NCBI RefSeq assembly: GCF_001194135.2
Contig: NC_068984.1
Span: 104,592,865-104,654,335, forward strand
Direction of reading: 5' to 3'
Length of the DNA: 61,471 nt
Source of the DNA: Octopus bimaculoides
Taxonomy: Eukaryota
The first letter of the stretch is position 1; the number at the start of each line of letters is the position of its first letter. Of this stretch, positions 51,186 through 61,471 are shown one piece after another. Made by a program: the position numbers and the translations under genes. A model generated the notes under the pieces. That model did no database searches. It had not been told where the DNA came from and saw nothing but the letters and a program-made list of their open reading frames with translations.

Positions 51186-51890
51186 TATCATCATCATCAT
51201 CATCATCATCATCTAACGTCTGTTGTCCATGCTGGCATGGGTTGGATGGTTTGACTGGGCTGGCACACTGGAAGGCTGTGCCAGGCTCCAGTCTGATTTG
51301 GCATGGTTTTCTATGGTTGGATGTCCTTCCTAACATCAACCACTTTGAGAGCGTAATGGGTGCTTTCATGTGCTACTGGCACGGGTGCCATTTGTGTAAC
51401 ACCGGTATCTGCCATGACTATGATTTTGCTTGGCTTGATGGGTCTTCTTCTCAAGCATGACATAATGCTAAAGGTCTTGGTCATTGCCTCTGTGAGGCCC
51501 AACACTTGAAAGGAGCTCTGCCACTTTGCCTTCATGAGGCCCAACACTCAAAAGGAACTCAGCCACTATGCCTCTATGAAGCCTAACACTTGAAAGATAC
51601 TCAGTAACTTTGCTCCTTTGAGGCCCAACGTTCAAAGGTTGATTTTCTTTTACATGCCACCAGCACAGGTGCACTTGGCTTAAAAGATCCTCTTAAGCAG
51701 AGCACATCGCCAAAGGTCATGGTCACTAGTCATTGCCTCTGTAAGGTTCAAAATTTGAAGGTCATGCTTCACCATCTTGTTCCATGTCTTATTAGGTCTA
51801 CCTCTACCACAAGTTCCCTCCACAGTTAGAGATTGGCACTTCTTTACACAGCTGTCCTTGTCCATTTACTGCACAACCATGCCTCTTCAC
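51186..51890 (-). mobile_element. RTE LINE 3' fragment, second subfamily
   Basis: MDKDSCVKKCQSLTVEGTCGRGRPNKTWNKMVKHDL; ~28-bp gaggcccaacact repeats in the UTR; (CAT)n tail. Confidence 0.85.
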
Positions 51891-52439
51891 ACCTGAAATT
51901 CTTTTCAAGTTTTCCTACAGATTCTGCTATAAGAAGGTCATCATCAGAGAAGACTTGCCACAAGCACCTGGTCTTAAACTCTGTTAAGAGGAGAACTATG
52001 ATGAATATAGCTCAGCATCAACAAAAGCATTGAGAACAGATATGGTAGGGAGAAACTAAAAGAAGTCCATTGTGTATACATACATACATACATACATATG
52101 TACGTATGTATATATGTGCATCTATGTTTACATTTGTGCTCTATGGCAGTCGCTACCATTGGCATTATTTCCGTCACTGATTCTGTCAACAACTTGTCTA
52201 CTCCCTATGTGCCTTTGTAGATATGTGAAATAAGAGATTCTTTACTTGAGGAAATGTTAAGGATTAATGACAGGAAGGGCGTACAGCTGTAAAACAAGGC
52301 CTCACTAATATATTTATTCAACTCATGCTAGCAGAGTATGGACAAAACGATGTAAAATGAAAAAAACAAATATGTATGTGTCTATATGTTGTATGTATGT
52401 AGATATGAACACACACACACACTGGCTTTATATGTTTAA

Positions 52440-53433
52440 TTCTTTAATTGAAAATAAAACGTAAGTTTTAAACACAAACTGATTTATTCAACCAATAATA
52501 TAATTACTGTTTTGTTCCAGTATCTTCTGCAATTTTGCAGGCAGATCCGTTATTCCTAGCTCAAAGAATTTCCCGTCTTTACTGGCAAAACACTTTTCCA
52601 GGTGAAGTTTTACATCCTCTTCAGTATTGAAGGTCTGGCCAGTCAATGAATTTGAAAGAAACAGGTGAAGATCTGAAGGTGCAAGGTCAGATGAATATGG
52701 AGGGTGTGGCAAAACCTCCCAGCGAAGCCCAGTAACTTCTGTTGTGTCTGCAGACAAGTGTGTGGTCTGACTTTGTCATAATGAAAGACAATGCCCTTAT
52801 GATCAGCAAGTGCTAGGTACATCTGGTGAATCACTGCATTTAATTTGTCCAGCTGGTTACAATACACATCTGAATTGTTCCATGGGATGAAGCTTGTACA
52901 AGTAGAGGCAGAGAACTTCCATTTCCACCAAATTGAAAGTGTAACCTTCTTTAGGTGAAGTCCTGCTTTGGAGGTGGTTTATAGTCATTTACCACTCTAC
53001 TCCCATGATCATTTGCACTTCACATTGTTATAGATAGTCCATTTTTGTACCTTGTCACTATTTTCTTCACAAAAGGATGGTTTTACTCATGTTTCTGATT
53101 GAAATCTTGAAAACCACTTCTGGCTCATACATTCTATAATAGCATCTTCTCCGTACACAAAACATATCTTCCTGCAGGTTTCTGCTGCTTTCTTGCCTTT
53201 TTTAAAATAAAAAAAACATGAGGTGTTGATAATGTTCATTTTGATTCTCCATTTTCAGAGTGATCCCAAGCACACAAAATACAACCTGTGTTGCTAAACT
53301 ATGTTGAAGTCTCAAGCATTCAAGCATCTAATGAGCGTGCATGCGCAAAGGGCAGACTGAAGTTAGCTACTTAACAGAGTGACTCAAGTTTAGTGTTGAC
53401 AAAAATTGAATGGACTTTTGAGCCAACCCTATA
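52440..53433 (-). mobile_element. Mariner (Tc1/mariner) transposon remnant
   Basis: WEVLPHPPYSSDLAPSDLHLF (mariner YSPDLAPSD motif) and IVFHYDKVRPH (HDNARPH). Right TIR-like end tatagggttggctcaaaagtcc on the minus strand. Frameshifted; left TIR not evident. Confidence 0.88.
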
Positions 53434-53599
53434 TGTATATATTAGTTGCATACATAGCTATGTCATTAAGAAGCTTTCTCCCAACCATGTGGTTTTAGCT
53501 TCAATCCCACTATATGACACCTTAAGCAGGAATGTTTTTGACTACAACTCTCAGTTGTCTAAAGCATTGTGACTAGATTTGTTATATAGAAACTGAAAA

Positions 53600-53752
53600 A
53601 AGCCTAGTGTGTGTGTGTGTGTGTGTGTGTGCATGCATGCATACACACATGCATGCATACATGCATACATACATACATACATAAATAAATACATACATAC
53701 ATACATACATACATACATACATACATACATACATACATACATACATACATAC
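53600..53752. repeat. (TG)n/(CATA)n microsatellite
   Basis: Direct reading. Confidence 0.95.
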
Positions 53753-54863
53753 AAGGTGGGGATTGTTTGTTTCTCCTTGTTTGACATCACATGATAATTG
53801 TAAATGAGTATCACCATCATACAGGCAATGTTCTTCATTTCTGACCTTTGATGACATGTTGAGTCATATGGAAATATTATCTTGCTTGGAAATGGGTAAG
53901 AGTTGGCAACATGAAGAGCATCTGATCATAGAAAATCTGCCTCTACTTATCTTATTTAATTTATGCAAACATGGAAAAATGGAAGTTAAAATAATGATGA
54001 TGATGATGGTATTACTTGTTACATGTATTGAGATTTTGCAAAAAAGGAAAAAAAAAAAAAGAAAAGATTTTTTGAATTCTCTAAGAATTTCTACAGATTT
54101 ATATAAAATGACATTTCTCAGGAGAGGTAATTTGAAGATATCTTGGTTTGAACTCGTGCTGAACTTCTGAACAAAGATTTGGGCTTGGAGAGGAGTATTT
54201 CAAGGAGAGAATTTGGGAATGGAATTCATGATAAAGAAGTTATTTGCGTGTTGGCAATGATAATGTATATCTTAAATTAACTTTTGTTTTCGTTGATAGA
54301 CATTTTTAAAAGATATTTTTTGTTGATACATATTTTTAAAAATTAAATTTGGGTCATATCACATGAAGATCAACCTTTGCCTTTCATATGGCTTGTATTG
54401 TATGAAATAGTATTTTGCATTTTGTTGCATAACATCATCATCATCGTCGTCGTCGTTGGCATCGTCCTCGTTGTTGTTGTCGTTGTCATCATCATCATTC
54501 AACGTCCTTTTTTCCATACTGGAACGGGTTGGACAGTTCAACATAAACAGATGAGCTAGAGGACTGCACCAAGTCCTTATGTCTGCTTTGGTATGGTTCT
54601 ACAACTGGATGCCCTTCCTGATGCCAACCACTTCACAGAGTGTTATGGATGCCTTTTATGTGGAATATAGAATCGAGGGATAAAAACTATTGAGTTTATA
54701 TCTTATGAAAAGGAATTTAAAATGTAACTCAAATCTGTCTTCATTTCACAGTTTCCTTGTTTATACAATCAGTTATTTAGTATCTGTGATGAGAATACAT
54801 GATTTGTAATTGTTCAACACTAAATGTTTTTCTTCTTGTTCTTCTCCTTCTTCTTGTTCTTCC

Positions 54864-54864
<1 letters not shown>

Positions 54865-54924
<60 letters not shown>

Positions 54925-55205
54925 GTTGTTGTTTTTCTTTCTTCTTTCTTCAAATTTTCTTCCATTTCTCGCTGAGTGTTTTCCGTATACCTAGGACGGA
55001 GAAGCTCATTGTATGCATTCCCAGTTTACACACACAAATTCACAGGTAAAACATGTATTAAAAAAAATATATAAATAAATAAATTCATGAATAGATGTTG
55101 TTTTCACAGTGGTAATGCTCTTCTTAGTACATGAGTCATTCCAGTTAACACAATTTTTTGCACTTCTTGTAGGGACGGTAAGCCTGGTATCATTTCAAAT
55201 AGGTT
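54865..55205 (-). mobile_element. RLE-type LINE 3' end with (TAA)n tail
   Basis: Minus strand MIPGLPSLQEVQKIVLTGMTHVLRRALPL*. Confidence 0.65.
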
Positions 55206-55213
55206 TCAGTACC

Positions 55214-55261
<48 letters not shown>

Positions 55262-55760
55262 TAGTATTATTATTATGCTAGCACATGATAATTTAGTTTG
55301 CAGGTATTTTATCTTGAGGTTTGGTGACAACAAGTCTCCTCCAATCTCAAGAATTTTTCTTAGGATTCTTGTAGAATATAGGATGGTGCTTTTCTGCAGA
55401 TCAACAATGCAAGATTCAATTCCAATCTCTTTCAGTCTTTTAGGTTGCATTTTGGGTATTATGTCAAGTGCATCATTACTACAAGAATAATTGTTGTCTT
55501 GGTCTTCCACAGTCTCCTCAGTCCTCTGGCTAGAATCCTGACATATCTCAGTTTTTTCTATTTCTTTGGTACTGACTCTACTATCATAGAGAATTGCAAA
55601 ATTTATGATCTTGCTCTGTTTATTTTGTCTTCTATAATCATGTCTGGTTTTCTTGCCTCAATAGTATGGTCAATCTTTATGGTGAAGTCCCACAAGATCT
55701 TGTTATTCTCATTTTTTATCACAGCTTCTGGTTCATGTTCATACCACTTTAAAATCATCA
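55214..55760 (-). mobile_element. RLE-type (R4/HERO-like) LINE 3' fragment with restriction-like endonuclease remnant
   Basis: WYEHEPEAVIKNENNKILWDFTIKIDHTIEARKPD...LKEIGIESCIVDLQKSTILYSTRILRKILE; (TAA)n tail. Confidence 0.85.
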
Positions 55761-55918
55761 TTAATGCTTTGCAAACTGACTAGTTCATCATTATGATAAA
55801 GATCTATACCGTGAAATCTCTTTCAATGTAAATTTAAAATATAGTATTTTCATTGCAAGGTAAACTTAACTGCTTGGCTATGTTTGTAACCACACACACA
55901 CGTGCACACACATGAACA

Positions 55919-55952
<34 letters not shown>

Positions 55953-56629
55953 TATATATAGAAATCACACGCACATGTATATGAATCAGTACAACTCGTA
56001 GTTTTCTGTATGACACAGTATCACATGTGACTACATTCGTCAGCCAGTTCTGAAACACATGATAGCACAAGAATGATACTAACATTACTTACATTAATTT
56101 TGAAAACAGAAAGTTTTCAATGTAGAGGAGAAAACTCTAATTTCTTCCTCTAATATTCATTTCTCTTCTGTAATGGAATCATTTAGTACTGGGGTTTTAA
56201 TTTGGAAAATTTTCAACAGGATGTTAAAAGTTAAGTGCAGTCATTTCTATATGTAGTTGTACACTTGCAACAACTGTAAACAATAAGGATGCTCCATATG
56301 AAAAAGATTATTCAAGTCATATCAGAAAGCTAATCAGTGCCTTTGGTAGTAGAATTTTATAATGCCTTGAAAATGTTTAAGGAAAATTATCAAAAAACAC
56401 TTCTTTGTTGTGTAAAAAATAATTTTTTATATATGTATTAAAGGTGTAATGATGTATGGAAACCTTGAGATAAGAGCAAAAACAAAAACTTACAGAAACT
56501 GAAAAGAGATTAGGGGTATATTTTTTGAGAGATAAGAAATATATCACTGAAAGTCAAAATATGTAGGCTAAGGTGTTGGTGTGGTATGATTGAGTGGGAA
56601 TATGCATGTAGCACATGTGCATGTGTCTG

Positions 56630-56917
56630 TGAGAGAGAGAGAGAGAAGGAGAGAGAGAGAGAAGGAGAGAGAGAGAGAGAGAAGGAGAGAGAGAGAGAAA
56701 GAGATGGAGTGAGAGTGAGAGAGAGAAAAAAGAGTGGGAGAGAATGAAAGAAATAGGGAGGGAGAAAAGAGAGAGAGAAATAGGTAGATAACTTGTTTAG
56801 ATAGGTAGATAAATAGATAAAAAGGGAGAAAGAGGAAAGAGAAAGAGGGGGGAGAGAAAGAGATAGAAAGAGAGAGAGAAAAGGGAGAGAGAAAAAGAAA
56901 GAGAGAGAAAGAGAGGA
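56630..56917. repeat. (GA)n-rich polypurine tract
   Basis: Direct reading. Confidence 0.9.
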
Positions 56918-58372
56918 TTTAGGTCACACAAATGATCAGGATATGTGAAGAAGATAAATGATATGAATTGAGTGGAAAAGTGTTTTCAATGGCAGTCAAG
57001 GTAGAATTAATACAAGAATGGATTAAAGTTGTTATATTTAATCTGAAAGAATTGAAAGAGTATGGGCATATATTAAGAGTGACTGTTAACCTGAATACAT
57101 TTATCTTATTTCTGCATTGAAAAATTGATGGTGTTGACAGAAGAGATATGTTAGTCATGCTAAACCTAGAGTAAAAGAGTTTTTTCTATTAATTTTGTAA
57201 CTCTTGAGAGACTAGAATCTTGAAATATTTTTCTTGGCCAGCAGTAGATGTAGCAGTTTAAAAACATATTCTTCAATGACATTAAAGATTGGACTACATT
57301 TTATACCATCCAATACCAATAATTTAATTAAAGAATGCTATTTCTAATGATATTTACAATCCAAATCATTATAGCAAATTAGAACTGCTAAAAGTTCTGA
57401 TTACTAAATAACTGTTAAGAAGGAACTATATTATTACAAGTTAGGTCCGAGTTTGATTCTTGAATTAGTCAAAGTGTTGAGCAGGGTACTTCATTTCACA
57501 TTACTTCAGTCTACTCAGCTGAAAACAACTACTATTAATAGCTGGGGAGAAGGCCAGTTTAAACCTGTGATAGACTGGCATTTTGTTCAGCAGGAAGTCT
57601 TGTACTTTTAGTGGCACACTAGTGGAAACTGAGATAAAATCCAAATTAATAGCCCTATTGGCTCATATATGTTTTCTTTACAACTATTAGATGTTTCTTA
57701 TAAGATTGACATTATCACTTTTTAGAATTGTCCTATGTATATATGTGTGTGTGTATGTATGTATGTATGTACGTACATACGTACGTATGTTCATATGTAT
57801 GAATGTACCTACATATCAATCATCATCATTATCATCGCTTAAACAACCACTTTTCCATGCTTGTGTTGGTCAAGCAAGAGTTTATTCAGACAGATTATCT
57901 ATGGTTGGATGCCCTTTCTGTCACTAACCTTCACTTGTTTTCTAAGCAATGTGATATTTCCCAATGGTCAGATATGTTTGAACAGAATATTGGAAATAAA
58001 TGACACTGCATGTATGACAGCAACACTCATTTACAACTCTGTTTGTGTTTGTGTGTGTATGCACATATATATATATATTCTTGTAGACATCTTATATGTA
58101 TACTCTTTTATACTTATTTGTATACTTCTTACATTTTTCTTTGTATACTCATTCCAAAATGTCCAACATATTACATGTCTCTTTTAACTGTACTTTTATC
58201 TAATTCTGTTTCATTTGCAGACGCCACTGATGCCAACACCAATGATGACAATGGCTTAATCCTTGGTTTTATGTACCAATATGTTAAAATACTTTTCTGG
58301 TGAAGTAATCAATTCTTAAACATTTAATACAAAAATTTAGTTTATTCAATAACTAAAATAGAAGTTACTCAC

Positions 58373-58467
58373 CAGATTCAGTCATAGAATGAGGGTCAGC
58401 GCCATGTTGCAATAAGTATTCACAGACATCTGGATGTTTCTGCAGTGTTGCTAGAAACAAAGGTGTT
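58373..58467 (-). CDS. Internal coding exon of an ankyrin-repeat protein: TPLFLATLQKHPDVCEYLLQHGADPHSMTES(G)
   Basis: Acceptor (t)13catttctacag| and donor CTG|gtgagt. 95 nt, phase 2 to 1. Matches the ankyrin consensus TPLxxA...xxxLLxxGADP. Too short to appear in the ORF track. Confidence 0.92.
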
Positions 58468-60665
58468 CTGTAGAAATGAAAAAAAAAAAAAAAGACATTT
58501 GCAAATATTTTCCAATGACACAATAATCACAATTAAATCATTAGTAAATTTGAATATCATTTATAAAAAGAGAACTTTTCCATGTAGGAATACTTCTAAC
58601 TAGTTAACCATAAAAATTCATAACATTTCTTTCTTCAGTTGGAATTTAATTATTCTTCATCCTTACAAAGAATGGTCAAAATGATTTTTATTTTTGCATT
58701 GTAGGAATATATATATTTGAAGTTGTACTCAATAAGTTGCATTTATCTTAATGATTTCTGCTATTTTCTACCCAGAAGTCTATTTTAAACAGTGTTGTAA
58801 CAACATATTAAAAAAAACTAAGGTATTAATTTATCTATAAAAAGAAAAATATTCTAAATAACTTTTATATTGGTATAAAGAAATGGCAACAGAAGAAAAA
58901 TCAGTGCATTGAAGAAAGGGAAAAAATCAAGTTTGAAATTAACAGATTCCATATGGAAAATGGCAGAGTTCTAAACTGAATTCCTTGAAAATATAAAAGA
59001 TTACTGTTCTGTAGATTATTTTTATTCATAAGTTTGGAACAGATGTGCACAATAAGTAGTATACACATTCTATTATTGAGGCAGCAATAACATAGTAGAA
59101 GATAAACTAGCAGTGTAGTATTATGGCAGAAATAGATGGAGAGCAAAGAGTGAGGTAATTAAATTTGACCTAAGAGAATTAGCTATTCAGATAGATACTT
59201 ATGAAAGTTAGAGAAAAATACTTTACGGTAAATACATCTAAACAATGTCAGACCAAACCAAAGCAAGTACACAATCTGTTCATAATGATAATAAATTAGA
59301 ACAAATCTATAAAGTCTAAGATTAGCTTTGAGTTGACCATTATGTTTAAACAATTAGCTTAGAAGAAACTCTTGTGACATTGATTTCTCTCCATTCTCTC
59401 CACAAAAGAACACTGTTAATCACCATTATCTCTGGCTTTACATCTATTTTCCATGCTACCATGGTTTAATTGGAAGTGAAATGAATTCAGTATCACATAA
59501 ATACCCCTACTAAATTGAACCCTTTACATACATTATTTCTGTGAAAGATGAAAATTATTAGTTTTATTGTAAATATCACCTTCAAGTTAGAGTTAATGAT
59601 GAAATCATTGGTTTAGTTGAGGCTAAAATAACAAAACTTTTTGAATAGTCTACAATTGAACCCTTTTTACCCTATTTTAAAGTCAAACATTATTTACTAC
59701 ATCACACTAATGCTGTCAATTAATAGTCTAAAGCTATCAAAGTCAACATGGTTTAGAAACTCTTTATATTCTTACCATGCGTTTGATATTAGCTTGCACT
59801 ATTTAATTATGCTGTTGATGTCTTCTTTATGTTGCCTGTTTTCTTTTACACCTAAAGCTCACTCGATATTGCATTATTGCTAACTGAATTACGATCTATT
59901 GCCTGTCAGTAAAATACCCCTTTATAGAAGAATGAAATTATATTTACTGAAAACTGTTAGAGATAGGAATTGGTTCTTATTAGATTGTTTGGCATGTCTT
60001 GCCAGTTTCTGATCCTTCCATTTACTGATTAAGGTCACTTCTCAATCTTTGAAAAATTTATTCAGTGTTTTATTGATTTTGCAATCAATACTTGAAACAC
60101 TTGATAGACTGATTATTTTCTTCTTTTTAAATTTGTTACTGTGCACTTTGTACTGAAGTATGATATTGAGAAACAATTCAAAATTGGAATTTCTTATTTT
60201 CCATACCTTTACTATTGTTTTCAATTTCCATAAGCAGTCTCTATTTGTTGATAGTCTCACAATTATATTCTTATTAATAAGAGTTTATTTATAGATTCAA
60301 TTTTGTTTGAATCTTGGTAATTCTGTAGTTTGAATTCATTACTGATTTATACTGAAACTTAACAGTTTTATTCTAAAGACAACTACTAATATAGAAATCT
60401 CTATTCTCTACACAAACCCCACTGAAGTGATATGCACTGAGAAAAAAGAAAAGGAAAAATGGAGATAAAATGAAAACTGTAATGCAGATATGACAAGAAG
60501 GTGGTTAATAGAGCAACTATAAAACAAGTAGATAATAACTAAGAATAGGTAAGTAAATGTAGTTGATGACCAATTGTGCTTTGTTTTTTGATCAGCAAGG
60601 ATGTGCTTGGCATGAGAACAAGTACCAGAACATACAAATATGGTAGTTATGTTATCAAATGAATA

Positions 60666-60885
60666 AGGCAGCAAGCTGGCAGAACTGTTAACATGCTAGA
60701 TAAAATGCTTAATGGTATTTTGTTTGTTGCTATGTTCTGAGTTCAAATTCCACCAAGGTTGACTTTGTCTTTCATCCTTTTGGGGTCAATGAAGTAAGTA
60801 CCAGTTATGCACTTGGGTTCAATGCAATCGACTTATCCCTTCCCTCCAAATTTCAGGCCTTGTGCCTATAGTAGAAAGGATTATG
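60666..60885 (+). mobile_element. SINE family C, near full length
   Basis: ggcagcaagctggcagaactgtt...ctgagttcaaattcc (B box-like)...gcctatagtagaaaggatta. Confidence 0.85.
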
Positions 60886-61128
60886 TTAACAAATGAATGT
60901 GTTCTTGTTATCTGCATGATATGGATACAAATGCAATAAGTAAATATAATTAAGATAAAATACAAAGGAACATAACCTATAAAATATTGTTTTTCCATTT
61001 AACTAAGATAGTGAACTTGTGTATACTTTGACTAAATATGTATGTTTTACACATTCACAGGCATACATTATGATTTCTAGGACTTGACATGCTTACCTAA
61101 ATTTAATGATAATTCAGTTCTATTAAAT

Positions 61129-61471
61129 CATCATCATCATCATCGTTTAACGTCTGCTTTCCATGCTAGCATGGGTTGGACGATTTGACTGAGGACTGGT
61201 GAAACCGGATGGCAACACTAGGCTCCAATCTGATTTGGCAGAGTTTCTACAGCTGGATGCCCTTCCTAACGCCAACCACTCAGAGAGTGTAGTGGGTGCT
61301 TTTACGTGTCACCCGCACGAAAATGGCCACGCTCAAAATGGTGTCTTTTATGTGCCACCAGCACAAGAGCCAGTCCAGGGGCACTGGCAACGATCTTGCT
61401 CGAAAACCCTACAAGGCCAGTCAGGCGGTACTGGCAACGGTCACACTCAGGATGGTACATCTTATGTGCCA
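61129..61471 (-). mobile_element. RTE LINE 3' end (young subfamily), continues beyond the window
   Basis: About 5 substitutions and 1 indel versus 41397-41608 over ~212 bp by manual comparison. Confidence 0.92.

Noticed and set aside
58221-58286. Plus-strand acceptor followed by DATDANTNDDNGLILGFMYQYVKILFW*
   Set aside because: No convincing donor, low complexity, and antisense to the well-supported ankyrin exon.
59777-59799. Minus-strand mini-exon xQANIKRM resembling an IQ motif upstream of the ankyrin exon
   Set aside because: Weak acceptor, and its phase-0 end is incompatible with the phase-2 start of the ankyrin exon.

Overview
AT-rich, repeat-dense animal genomic DNA with four assembly gaps (1140-1308, 8085-8642, 18394-18770, 41609-41892). 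The SINE/LINE repertoire and microsatellite load suggest a cephalopod, probably Octopus (recognition from memory, not a database result). The window is most likely intronic. One clear minus-strand coding exon (58373-58467) encodes an ankyrin repeat, and a few weaker exon candidates exist. The rest is RTE-clade LINE fragments with (GAT)n tails, a BovB-like RTE, several RLE-type (R4/HERO-like) LINE 3' ends, a Penelope-like fragment, a mariner remnant, three or more tRNA-derived SINE families, TTAA MITEs and simple repeats. The most interesting structure is a nested locus at 42494-45513. It is a ~1.3-mer of a ~360-nt non-coding unit flanked by a 13-bp duplication and carrying a type I hammerhead ribozyme with an extended stem I (42652-42746, minus strand), resembling a retrozyme or Penelope-type terminal repeat. 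An internally deleted L1/Tx1-clade LINE has inserted into the 5' strand of the ribozyme's extended stem, with a perfect 15-bp TSD. Boundaries of degraded repeats are approximate.
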